Shown here one piece after another: positions 42,642 through 51,001 of a stretch of DNA of 64,000 nt. The notes beneath the pieces are model-generated. The model was not told the origin of the DNA, did not search any database, and saw only the letters and a program-made list of their open reading frames with translations. Source of the stretch: an uncultured Solirubrobacterales bacterium. GTDB taxonomy: Bacteria; Actinomycetota; Thermoleophilia; Solirubrobacterales; JBBDJG01. The DNA lies in contig CAVZDP010000003.1 of assembly GCA_963774075.1 (NCBI GenBank), positions 408,062 to 472,061 on the forward strand, written 5' to 3'. Made by a program: the position numbers and the translations under genes. Every line of letters begins with the position of its first letter. The stretch's first letter is position 1.

Positions 42642-43592
42642 GTGCCAACCGTCCTCTTTCATCGCAACCACCCTCGCTTCTCGGGCGGGGCGCTCAAGGT
42701 CTGGGACTACTTCAACCACATCCTCGCCTTTCCCGGGTACTCGGCCTACGTGCGCTTCGGGCCCAGCACCGCCTGGGACGAGGGCAATCCCTGGATGGCC
42801 GCTCGCGACCGCGTGCTCGGGCCGGACGACCGGGTCGACGCCGACATGCACTTCCTCGCCGGCATCGACTGGCTCCGCCTCGAGGAGAGCGAGCGCCCCG
42901 ACTCGCCGCGTCCGATCATCAACTACCTGGCTCACGTGCTGCACGCCTGCCCCGACGACCACCTCGGCCGCTACGCCTTCCTCTCGAACAAGGCGATCCG
43001 GATCTGCATGAGCGAGCAGATCGAGGAGGCGGTCCTCGCGACGGGGCGTGTCAGGGGGCCGACGTTCACGATTCCCGGTTCCATCGACCTCCAGGAGGTG
43101 ACCGGCGGCCGCGACGGACGGGAGCGTGACCTCGACCTGCTCGTAGTCGCCAACAAACGGCCTCGGCTCGGCCGGCGGGTCGCCCTGCGGATGCGCCGGC
43201 CTGGGCGGCGCGTGGAGCTCATAGACAATCTCGTGCCGCGCAGGGACGTGCTCGACGCGATCAGCCGTGCACGCGTGACGGTCTTCCTGCCCAACCGCAA
43301 GGAGGGCTTCTTCCTGCCGGCGCTGGAGGGCATGGCGCTCGGGACGGTCGTGGTATGCCCGGACTGCATCGGCAACCGTTCGTTCTGCCTCGACGGCGAG
43401 ACCTGCCTCCGGCCCGACTATTCCGAGGATAAGATCGTCGCGGCTGCGGAAGGCGCGCTGGCCGAGGCGTCTGCGCTCGGCCGCATGCTCGAGGCTGGAG
43501 CCCGCACCGCACGGGAGCACGACCTGAACGACGAGCGAACCAAGTTCCACGACATCATCACTCGGGTGGACGCGCTTTGGCAGAGCGCGTGA
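42642..43592 (+). CDS. GT-B glycosyltransferase (GT1/GT4-like C-terminal domain)
   Basis: The GTG at 42642 is preceded by GGAGG..AAGAGG. It reads VPTVLFHRNHPRFSGGALKVWDYF. The C-terminal half is VFLPNRKEGFFLPALEGMALGTVVVCPDCIGNRSF, an EX7E-type motif. Confidence 0.75.
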   Translation: MPTVLFHRNHPRFSGGALKVWDYFNHILAFPGYSAYVRFGPSTAWDEGNPWMAARDRVLGPDDRVDADMHFLAGIDWLRLEESERPDSPRPIINYLAHVLHACPDDHLGRYAFLSNKAIRICMSEQIEEAVLATGRVRGPTFTIPGSIDLQEVTGGRDGRERDLDLLVVANKRPRLGRRVALRMRRPGRRVELIDNLVPRRDVLDAISRARVTVFLPNRKEGFFLPALEGMALGTVVVCPDCIGNRSFCLDGETCLRPDYSEDKIVAAAEGALAEASALGRMLEAGARTAREHDLNDERTKFHDIITRVDALWQSA

Positions 43593-43642
43593 GAGCCGGC
43601 AGAGCGGGGCCGACGCCCCGCCGCGCGGACTGAAGAGCCGGA

Positions 43643-44413
43643 ATGCCCAGACGCTACGACCAGCTCGAGCTGCTTCCGGACGCGCCGCCGTACGGCGCCG
43701 AGCTGATGCGCCGGATCGGCCTTCGGGGCCTCCAGTGCGGCAGCGGCCCCAAGCTCCCTCCGGGCTGGATGAACACCGACATGGTGCACATCACCTCCAA
43801 GGCCGGTGAGGAAACCGAGAGGGGACGGATCGCGGTGCTCGACGGCAACTTCTACTTCATGGAGCACGATGCAACCGAGCCTTTCCCGTTCGAGGACGCC
43901 TCCTTCGACTGGGTCTACTCGGAGCACTTCATCGAGCATCTCGAACCCGCGGAGGCGATCGCCTGGCTGACCGAGATGCATCGCATCCTCCGCCCGGGTG
44001 GTCACATCCGGGTCAGCACCCCCGACATGGGCAAGTACATGCGCGGCTACGCCGATCCCGCGGGACAGTTCTTCGATCAGCACCACGAGCGGGTGGCCCC
44101 GCACCTGAAGCCGTTCGCGCCTGATGACGAATCCGTCCCGCTTCCGCGGCGGCAGTTCGCGCAGCGGTACATGCCGGGAGAGCAGGAGGTGCCCGCCAGG
44201 CGCGCCTTCCTCGTCAACCAGATCTTCTTCTTCTGGGGGCACAAGTGGATCTACGACTTCGAGGAGCTGCGGTGGGCGCTCTCCTGCGCGGGCTTCGACC
44301 CCGCGAACGTGGTCGAGCGCGGCTTCCGGGAGGGCAGCGCGCCCGAGCTGGCCCAGCTCGACCTGGAGCTGAGGAACGACGAGAGCGTGTACGCGGAGGC
44401 CGTCCGTACTTAG
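43643..44413 (+). CDS. Class I SAM-dependent methyltransferase, paralog of 8125-8874
   Basis: It reads LRGLQCGSGPKLPPGWMNTD..FDWVYSEHFIEHLEPAEAIAWLTEMHRILRPGGHIRVSTPD..WGHKWIYDFEEL. Confidence 0.85.
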   Translation: MPRRYDQLELLPDAPPYGAELMRRIGLRGLQCGSGPKLPPGWMNTDMVHITSKAGEETERGRIAVLDGNFYFMEHDATEPFPFEDASFDWVYSEHFIEHLEPAEAIAWLTEMHRILRPGGHIRVSTPDMGKYMRGYADPAGQFFDQHHERVAPHLKPFAPDDESVPLPRRQFAQRYMPGEQEVPARRAFLVNQIFFFWGHKWIYDFEELRWALSCAGFDPANVVERGFREGSAPELAQLDLELRNDESVYAEAVRT

Positions 44414-44898
44414 ACCCTCTCTCTCGGAGTTGGGGCGCCCTCCCGCTCGAGGATCACGACCGGGATCTCTCGGTGCGTCAACCGCCGGTACTGCTCAAAT
44501 CCGGAGTACTGCTCGAGAATGCTCGGCCACAGCCGATTCTCCTCTTCGGCCGATGCACGCCTGGCACGAACTACGCGATGCTCCCCGCGGAAGTCGACTT
44601 CAGCTTGGGGATTCGCCTGAAGGTTGAGCCACCACGCGGGCGGACGGTCCTGCCCCGCATTTGACGGCACTACTACCAGGTCATCGCCGTGGGGCATGCA
44701 GGCTATGACCGTTGATCGTGCCGCCCCGGATTTACGCCCCGTCGTGGTGAGGGCGAGCACAGGCTGACCAGCCGCAAAGAGAAACGAGCGTTTGAGCCGG
44801 CCGCCGCTCATCCGCAGGATCCTTGCGTGTAGCCGAGTTACGCGGGTCGCGATGAAGCGAGGCCGGCTGAGGATGTTGCTAACGCGGGCCAGGCTCAC
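44410..44898 (-). CDS. Deazaflavin (F420H2)-dependent nitroreductase-family protein (DDN/DUF385-like), copy 1
   Basis: It reads VLALTTTGRKSGAARSTVIACMPHGDDLVVVPSNAGQDRPPAWWLNLQANPQAEVDFRGE..EENRLWPSILEQYSGFEQYRRLTHREIPVVILE. Its stop codon overlaps the convergent methyltransferase stop. Confidence 0.85.
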   Translation of the reverse strand: MSLARVSNILSRPRFIATRVTRLHARILRMSGGRLKRSFLFAAGQPVLALTTTGRKSGAARSTVIACMPHGDDLVVVPSNAGQDRPPAWWLNLQANPQAEVDFRGEHRVVRARRASAEEENRLWPSILEQYSGFEQYRRLTHREIPVVILEREGAPTPRERV

Positions 44899-45206
44899 CC
44901 GAAGAGCCTAACTCCTTTCGCGCAATGCACAAGCCCGCGAACCGAAGGTCGCATTAGCTACAACGGACCGGTTGGGAAGACGATCAGCTTTGCGGGCGGT
45001 TTCCTTTTGAGCCAACGCGGCTGCGTACCGCTCGAGGTGCGAGTTCGAGGGCGTCGTCCGACGCGCGCGCGCATTCCATTCGGCGTCGGTCGCTGCTGAG
45101 AGCAGTCGCGTCAGCGCCCAGACTTTTTTGGGTACTCGATCCACGCCGCCTGGGCCGTGGTTCGTCGCGGGACGCTGCTGGGTTTCGCGATGCGACAGCG
45201 CGGCTT

Positions 45207-45615
45207 CTACGTGGAGTCTTCCGCAATGCCAGCGGCTTCGAAGGCCCGGCTCCGATCGGTGTGTATCGAGAGGCGAGCGACCTTGCCGCCAACCAAGGTC
45301 CAGACATGGAAGAAGCGTTGCCAAACCTCGGAATCGCTTCCCTTTAGCCGCCCCCCGTCGCGGATGCGAGTGATCACCTGCTTCTCGTCGGCATAGACCA
45401 CCTCTTCGATTTCGATACGGAAATCGTCAAAGGTCTTCCAGTACGGAAGCATGCTTTCCTGGACGGCGTCGTATCCCCGAAGGACCCCAACCGTATCCAG
45501 GGGGACATCTGAATCATCAGATTCAAAGTCTGGCTCGAATAGCTCCCGAGGTGGCTCGAGGCGCACAGTGACCCCGTCATAGATACGCGACCACGTCGAG
45601 GTTCGCTTGCGACAT
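45207..45615 (-). pseudogene. NTF2/SnoaL-like protein gene with an apparent 1-nt frameshift after codon ~9
   Basis: ATG 45615 gives MSQANLDVVAYL then a stop at 45577. The +1 frame continues without a stop as RIYDGVTVRLEPP.. into the 119-aa ORF 45207-45566, which ends ..KVARLSIHTDRSRAFEAAGI. The total span is 409 nt (3n+1). Alternatively the gene simply starts at GTG 45566 and lacks the first helix. Confidence 0.5.
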
Positions 45616-45737
45616 CTCTCGCGGAGTATAGGTTCCTACCTCGCCGCTCCTGGCGGACCGCGGTGCTGCAGTTCGCGCAGGCAGTCGCACGGCCTCCGCG
45701 CAATCCAGCAGCGGCCGACCCGACCCCTGCGAACGAT

Positions 45738-46058
45738 CTACGAGCTCCGGGAACCAGTCTCTGAAGAAAAGCCGAGATCCAGCCCGCTCGTCTTGCCGCC
45801 CCCGCTGAAGTGCTGGAGCACGAGCACGCGCTCGCTGTCGAGTTCGCGAAACTCCTCCGCCTCGAAGCGGACGTCCTCCGAGGCGCTCAATCGTCCCCGC
45901 CAGGCCTCTGCCATCTCGGCTATCCCTTTGAAGTGCCCGGGATCTGGCCCGTCGGGTAGCACGTACTCGATCTCGGGGTGCGCCCATTCAGCAGAGCTCC
46001 AGTCGCCGCGCTCCCAGGCGGCGTAGAGGGACCGCACGAGATCCAGATTCGCCGACAC
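45738..46058 (-). CDS. NTF2/SnoaL-like protein, possibly 3'-disrupted
   Basis: An in-frame GTG at 46058 gives VSANLDLVRSLYAAWERGDWSSAEW..FKGIAEMAEAWRGRLSASEDVRFEAEEFRELDSERVLVLQHFSGGGKTSGLDLG. The ORF then ends in FSSETGSRSS without the expected last strands. The +1 frame reads LFFRDWFPELVDRSQ..AEAVRL, resembling the C-terminus of the neighbouring paralog. Confidence 0.5.
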   Translation of the reverse strand: MSANLDLVRSLYAAWERGDWSSAEWAHPEIEYVLPDGPDPGHFKGIAEMAEAWRGRLSASEDVRFEAEEFRELDSERVLVLQHFSGGGKTSGLDLGFSSETGSRSS

Positions 46059-46257
46059 GGTGAGCCAAGTATCCACGATTTCTATGTAGCTGAAGGGCTC
46101 GGGTCCGTGGACGCAGCGCTGCCCGCCCCGCGGTTCTCGTCCAGGACGCAAGTGATGGCCGATAAGCTGGAGTCGCCCCGGCGCACGACACCAGGACGGG
46201 TCCGTAGCTCACACACCGACACTGCACAGCTTCTCGCTGTGGGAGGGACGAGGCACG

Positions 46258-46518
46258 ATGGAAACGCTGCTTGTGTTTCACGAGGTAGACGACGTCGACC
46301 ACTGGCTCGCTTCACCGAAGCGAGAGGAATTCTTCGGGCCGCTGGGAATGACGGCGCGCACTTTTCGGGACCCGGCGGGCTCGAATCGGGTCGGGCTGAT
46401 CGTGGAGGTCCCGGACATCGCTGCCTGGGAGGAAGCACTGCAGACTGAGGCGGCGGCGGAGGCAATGAAGTTCGACGGTGTTCGCCCCGAGACGATCTTG
46501 GGCCTCGTGGAGGCGTAG
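46258..46518 (+). CDS. Small hypothetical protein (86 aa)
   Basis: The ATG start is at 46258. The sequence is non-repetitive and balanced in composition (METLLVFHEVDDVDHWLASPKREEFFGPLGMTARTFRDPAGSNRVGLIVEVPDIAAWEEAL..). No family assigned. Confidence 0.55.
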   Translation: METLLVFHEVDDVDHWLASPKREEFFGPLGMTARTFRDPAGSNRVGLIVEVPDIAAWEEALQTEAAAEAMKFDGVRPETILGLVEA

Positions 46519-46679
46519 CGCAAAGATCCGTTCCACGCGGCTGCCTTCCGGACCAACGCCGCGTGGCGGTCGTTTCTCGCGCAATGGGGCAGCGAGCATG
46601 GGCTGGCCAGATAAATCTCCCCCTTCGGAAGGGCCGGGCCGACTGCACGCAGCCGCCGTCGCGGCCGATCGGCGGATGC

Positions 46680-47513
46680 TCAGGAGCTCGCCGAGGTGAA
46701 ACGCAGAATCTCGGAGGCCACCAGCTCCGGGTCGTCGAACATCGCGGTGTGGCCGCAGCCGGTCAGCTCGCGCAACTCCCCGTCCGGCAGCTCGGCGAGG
46801 AATCGCTCGGCATGTTCGCGCGAAAAAAGTCGATCGCCGGACGGATGGAGGATGAGTACGGGACAGCTCACCCGCTCCAACCCATCGATCCGAGCGATCC
46901 CCCCGTCAGCGCCCGTGTTCGCGGCGAGGTGTGCGGCGACGTCGCAGTGGGCGAACTGGGCCAGCAGGCGCTCCGCCTCGACAGGCGGGATCCGGGACGG
47001 GTCGACGCAGTTGTCGGCTAGCAGCAGGCGTCTTCCCCGACGGACGTGAACCAGCCGACGCGCGAGCGGCTTTAGCATCCGGATCGTGCGGTGGTCGCGG
47101 CGAGACTTCTTCGCGAAGGCGTGCCATTCGTCGCGCGTGAACATCCCGGCGGGGGCAACCCCGACGACGGTTCGCGCCCGCCCGCGCTTGGCGAGCTCGA
47201 GCGCCAGCCAGCCGCCGAGTGAGTTGCCGGCGATGTCGGGCCGCTCGAATCCCGCGGCATCCAGCTCCGCTTCGACGGCGTCCGCCCAGGTCTCGACCGT
47301 GGGCGCGGCCCCGGCGTCGAGCGGCGGCGACCCGAGGTGGTCGGGAAGCGTCGGCGCGAGCACCTCGCGTTCAGCAGTGAGTCGGTCGAGTACGGGCGAC
47401 CAGCTGTGCCAGCTCTCCCAGATCCCGTGAAGCAAGAGGAGCGGCGCGCCGCTTCCGGCGCGGTAACGGTCGACTTCCACGCGCGGAGTATTCCACGGAC
47501 CGCGGCGATTCAC
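46680..47513 (-). CDS. Alpha/beta-hydrolase fold protein
   Basis: It reads APLLLLHGIWESWHSW..IAGNSLGGWLALELA (a GxSxG nucleophile elbow) ..CPVLILHPSGDRLF..GCGHTAMFDDPE. The GTG start at 47513 forms a GTGA overlap with the reconstructed stop of the upstream NTF2-like gene. The 345-aa track ORF fuses the two genes. Confidence 0.75.
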   Translation of the reverse strand: MNRRGPWNTPRVEVDRYRAGSGAPLLLLHGIWESWHSWSPVLDRLTAEREVLAPTLPDHLGSPPLDAGAAPTVETWADAVEAELDAAGFERPDIAGNSLGGWLALELAKRGRARTVVGVAPAGMFTRDEWHAFAKKSRRDHRTIRMLKPLARRLVHVRRGRRLLLADNCVDPSRIPPVEAERLLAQFAHCDVAAHLAANTGADGGIARIDGLERVSCPVLILHPSGDRLFSREHAERFLAELPDGELRELTGCGHTAMFDDPELVASEILRFTSASS

Positions 47514-47872
47514 GGAGGCTTGGACACGTGATCGAGGATGACTATGCCACGTCAGCGCCTGGAAGATCTCCATCGTGGTCATCGCGCCGCTTCGCCTTCG
47601 GAGCGCATGCACCATGGCGAACGCGAGCGTCTGCGCGCCAAGATCGAAGTACGCCTCGGATTCGATGCGAATGTCGTCCCGCCACACCTCCTCGAAGCCC
47701 TGGTACCACTCGCGCATCCCAGCTGTCCGCGATAGATGGTCACCCCGCCGACCGCCACAAGCCGCGAGTGAAACTCGATCTCGGGATCGCAGAGCGCGAT
47801 GATCGCCTCGATATCGCGGGCATTGAAAGCCTCGTAGACGCGTCGATGAAGCTCGACGTTCTCGGCCGACAC
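47510..47872 (-). pseudogene. NTF2/SnoaL-like gene interrupted by two compensating frameshifts
   Basis: The sequence VSAENVELHRRVYEAFNARDIEAIIALCDPEIEFHSRLVAVGGVTIYRG runs from 47872 in one frame. MREWYQGFEEVWRDDIRIESEAYFDLGAQTLAFAMVHA..EIFQALTW runs from 47717 in a second frame. The first frame then returns with RGIVILDHVSKPP and a stop at 47510-47512. The total is 363 nt (121 codons), a normal NTF2-like length. Confidence 0.55.
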
Positions 47873-47977
47873 GAGTCGCAGTATCGCGACGCCGCCCATC
47901 CGCGTAAAGGGGTCTCAGGGTGTTGCTCCTCGGCGATCAGAGCGCCACGCACCCCTTTTGTGTACGCGTCATGCTGT

Positions 47978-48517
47978 ATGGGTCCGACCCCGGAAAAGCA
48001 CTGGGAGATCGACGTCGCCGAACCACTGACCTACGCCCAGGCGAACCCGCTCCAGAAGTCGCTGCGCCGCTTCGCAGCCAGCCGCCCGGGCGCATGGCTC
48101 TTCGCGGGCATTCTGCATCACATCGATGAACCCGTGTACCGGCTTTCGCGAGGCCGGCACACGTTCGCGAGCCTGTTGTCAGGATTGCCCGTCGTCATGC
48201 TGACGACGACCGGCGCGCGCAGCGGTGTGCGGCGCTCGGCGCCGGTGCTCGGCGTTCCAACCGAATACGGCCTGGTCGTGATTGCGTCGTCCTGGGGCCA
48301 GGAGCGCCACCCTGCCTGGTACTACAACCTGCGCGCCAATCCCGAGGGTGAGGTCAGCGTCGACCGGACTACGCAGCGATTCCGCGCGACAGAGGCGCAG
48401 GGCGACCAGCGCGAACGGATCTGGCAACAGGCTGTGCGGATCTATCCGGGTTGGTCGACATACGAGCGGCGCGCTCCGCATCGGCGCATCCCCGTGCTCG
48501 TGCTCGACCCGGTCTGA
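47978..48517 (+). CDS. Deazaflavin (F420H2)-dependent nitroreductase-family protein (DDN/DUF385-like), copy 2
   Basis: An in-frame ATG at 47978 gives MGPTPEKHWEIDV.. It continues VVMLTTTGARSGVRRSAPVLGVPTEYGLVVIASSWGQERHPAWYYNLRANPEGEVSVD..RERIWQQAVRIYPGWSTYERRAPHRRIPVLVLD. The upstream part of the track ORF (from 47528) is antisense to other genes. Confidence 0.85.
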   Translation: MGPTPEKHWEIDVAEPLTYAQANPLQKSLRRFAASRPGAWLFAGILHHIDEPVYRLSRGRHTFASLLSGLPVVMLTTTGARSGVRRSAPVLGVPTEYGLVVIASSWGQERHPAWYYNLRANPEGEVSVDRTTQRFRATEAQGDQRERIWQQAVRIYPGWSTYERRAPHRRIPVLVLDPV

Positions 48518-48576
48518 ACCGGCTAGGTTCGCCCCCGCGGCAAGCCGGGAGCGCCGCGCACGCGACCCACGATCGG

Positions 48577-50139
48577 CTACCGCCTGGACACGCGTTCCAG
48601 CTCGCTACGAAGCGCGGGAAGATAGATCTGGATCTCCTGGTCGAGCGTGCCCACGCCCGACGTCGCCACGCGCACGGCCCCGTCCCGCCAGGGACGCAGC
48701 GAGCCGGTGACCGCGGACTCGCGGCCCCGCTTGCGCCGGAACTCCTCCTCCGAGCGCGTGTAGTAGTGGTTCACGCGCAAGCGCGAGAACGAGACCGACT
48801 TGGTCCGCATCCCCCCGACCGGGTACTCGCTCTCGTTCACGGCACTGCGAAAGCGGTACGAGAAGTGATGCGGGCTGCGTGCCTCCAGCGCCTCGCCCGG
48901 ATCGACGACGCTCTTGACGTAACGGCTCGCACCCCCCTCTATGCGCTGCTCGTAGCTCTCCACCACCAGGCCGGGCGGGGGAGTGACATGTCCGGACGTG
49001 CCGAAGTTGGCACGGTTCACGGCAACTGCGGGCCAGCGCTCGTATGCTCGCAGCACCTCCGGCAGCGGCCTGCCCGTGGGAGAGAAGAGGAACTCGTCGA
49101 GGTCGAGGAAGGCGATCCAGCGCGACTCGGGGCCGTGCTCCCGCAGAGCGTGCTCGAACGCCGACAGCTGACCGGGATGAGCGGGCCATTCGTGCAGCGT
49201 CACGGTCCCGTCGTCGAGATAGGGGGCCAGCGCCTCCAGGTGAGCGTCCGTGCTCTGATTGTCGTACAGGAAGAAACGCTCGACTCCGACGATGCGGTGG
49301 AAGGCCACCCACTCGCGCAGGTAGCGGGCCTCGTTGCGGTAGATGCCGCACGCGGCCAGGTAGGTCGGCTTGCCCGCGGCACGCGCGAGCCGGGACTCTT
49401 CCGTGCTCTCGGCCGGAGCGTCTACCGCCCAGAACTCGTGCTCCTGGGCGGCCGCGAAGATCAGACTCTGTGCATCGATCGCGTCTCGCACTGGCACGCC
49501 CGCCTCGCGCATGCGCCGCTCCACCTCCCGCACGAACGACAGATGCGCGGCGTACTCCTCCGCTGGCGACCGCTCGCTGACGGGCTCGCCGAGGATTCGC
49601 TCGAGCTTCACCAGCACCCTTCTGCGCATGATCGGAAACCGCTCCGGATCAAGCGCGAAGTTGAGGAGCGACCCGACCGCCAGGACGCGGTCGGGCGCGT
49701 CCACCACTGCCGAAGGCGCGTGCTCGGCCGCGCGCGCGAACGCCTCGAAGCGAGCCTGCGGCTCCGACCCGCCGCCCCGGAAGGCGGTGAGGGCACGGCC
49801 GAGCGACTCGGGCTCGGCGGCCGCCCACGCGCGAAGCGCGCGCAGGTCGGCGGGAGTCGTCAGCGTGTACAGCCGCGCGTCGAAGACGGAGTCGAGCGGG
49901 GCCAGCGCCTCTTCGACCACCGCGCGCACGTCCGATCCGGTGACGACCCGGTGGATCATCTCTTCCACGAGACCCGCGACCTCCGGCTTGAAGTCGCGCT
50001 CCTCTTCGTCGAAGGCGGACCTCGCCCGCGAGCGCGCGACGTAGGCCAGGAAGCGTTGCCATGCCTGAGCGGGCTCCGGGCGAGCGCTGAGAGGCTCGAC
50101 CGCCATTTCGCGAGCGAACACTACCCGTCGGCGCTGCAA
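48577..50139 (-). CDS. GT92-family (DUF23-like) glycosyltransferase with a ~260-aa unknown N-terminal domain
   Basis: The C-terminal half is YLAACGIYRNEARYLREWVAFHRIVGVERFFLYDNQSTDAHLEALAPYLDDGTVTLHEWP..RWIAFLDLDEFLFSP..VNRANFGTSGH..LRVNHYYTRSEEEF. The start is uncertain: TTG 50139, GTG 50121 or ATG 50106. Confidence 0.8.
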   Translation of the reverse strand: MQRRRVVFAREMAVEPLSARPEPAQAWQRFLAYVARSRARSAFDEEERDFKPEVAGLVEEMIHRVVTGSDVRAVVEEALAPLDSVFDARLYTLTTPADLRALRAWAAAEPESLGRALTAFRGGGSEPQARFEAFARAAEHAPSAVVDAPDRVLAVGSLLNFALDPERFPIMRRRVLVKLERILGEPVSERSPAEEYAAHLSFVREVERRMREAGVPVRDAIDAQSLIFAAAQEHEFWAVDAPAESTEESRLARAAGKPTYLAACGIYRNEARYLREWVAFHRIVGVERFFLYDNQSTDAHLEALAPYLDDGTVTLHEWPAHPGQLSAFEHALREHGPESRWIAFLDLDEFLFSPTGRPLPEVLRAYERWPAVAVNRANFGTSGHVTPPPGLVVESYEQRIEGGASRYVKSVVDPGEALEARSPHHFSYRFRSAVNESEYPVGGMRTKSVSFSRLRVNHYYTRSEEEFRRKRGRESAVTGSLRPWRDGAVRVATSGVGTLDQEIQIYLPALRSELERVSRR

Positions 50140-50149
50140 TAATGGGCTC

Positions 50150-51001
50150 GTGGGAGACCTTGGCGGCGGGAGCGCGAAGCAGGGCGCTCACTACCTCTCC
50201 GCCTGCGCGATCTACCGCGACGAGGGGCCCTACTTGCGCGAATGGATCGAGTTCCATCGGCTGGTCGGGGTGGAGCGCTTCTTCCTGTACGACAACGCAA
50301 GCCACGACGACCACCTTCAGGTGCTCGCGCCCTACCTCGACGAAGGGATCGTTACCCTCCACGACTGGCCGGTGTTCCCGGGGCAGCTTCAGGCTTACGA
50401 GCACGCGCTGCGAGAGCACGGCCCCGAGTCGCGCTGGATCGCCTTTCTCGACCTCGACGAGTTTCTCTTCTCTCCCACGGGCAGGCCGCTGCCGGAGATC
50501 CTCGCGGACTACGAGCAATACCCGGGGGTCGGAGCGAACTGGGCCGTCTTCGGCACCTCGGGCCACGTGGAGAAACCGCAGGGGCTGGTGACGGAGAGCT
50601 ACGTCTGGCGCTGCGAGGACGAGCAGGAGGGGAACCGACTCGTCAAGAGCATCGTCGACCCGACCCGGGCGGTCTCGTGTCCGGACCCGCACTTCTTCGT
50701 GTACGCCGACGGGGCACTCGCGGTGGACGAAAACAAGGAGACGATTCGCTACGGGCGAACCGCACCCCCCGCCTGGTCCCGCCTGCGGGTGAACCACTAC
50801 TTCACGAAGTCGGAGCAGGAGTTCCGCGCCAAGCTCGCCAAGGGCAAGGCCGACAAGCCAGAGGGCCGCGAGCCCGCCGTCGCAAACATCGCGCGGATCA
50901 CGGAGGCGCTCCACCGGGAGCGCGACGAGAAGATCCTGTCCTACGCGCCCGACCTGCTCGAAGCGCTGTCGCGCCGCCGGCGGGCCGCCCCGGCGACATG
51001 A
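50150..51001 (+). CDS. GT92-family glycosyltransferase (tandem copy 1 of 4)
   Basis: It reads YLSACAIYRDEGPYLREWIEFHRLVGVERFFLYDNASHDDHLQVLAPYLDEGIVTLHDWP..RWIAFLDLDEFLFSP..ANWAVFGTSGH..LRVNHYFTKSEQEF. The GTG start at 50150 is the only start codon upstream of the conserved YLS block. Confidence 0.85.
   Translation: MGDLGGGSAKQGAHYLSACAIYRDEGPYLREWIEFHRLVGVERFFLYDNASHDDHLQVLAPYLDEGIVTLHDWPVFPGQLQAYEHALREHGPESRWIAFLDLDEFLFSPTGRPLPEILADYEQYPGVGANWAVFGTSGHVEKPQGLVTESYVWRCEDEQEGNRLVKSIVDPTRAVSCPDPHFFVYADGALAVDENKETIRYGRTAPPAWSRLRVNHYFTKSEQEFRAKLAKGKADKPEGREPAVANIARITEALHRERDEKILSYAPDLLEALSRRRRAAPAT

Noticed and set aside
44899-45206. Possible gene in the ~300-nt gap (ORFs 44908-45324 and 44984-45307 on the minus strand, 45128-45373 on the plus strand).
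   Set aside because: The translations have no recognisable motifs, they overlap the NTF2-like gene, and they are Arg/Ser/Pro-rich. I left the region unannotated. It may be decayed sequence or a regulatory region.
46617-46640. Small hairpin CCCTT-cgg-AAGGG (46621-46633) between the convergent genes 46258-46518 and 46680-47513, as a terminator.
   Set aside because: It has a 5-bp stem, a 3-nt loop and no clear U-tract on either strand. That is not enough support. It is noted only as a possibility.
46680-47717. The 345-aa ORF as a natural NTF2-alpha/beta-hydrolase fusion protein.
   Set aside because: Its first ~57 residues are only the middle third of an NTF2-like fold. The N-terminal third and the last strands plus stop are in a different frame (47872-47718 and ~47553-47510). 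The hydrolase has its own GTG forming a GTGA overlap with that stop. It is better explained as a frameshifted upstream gene plus a separate hydrolase.
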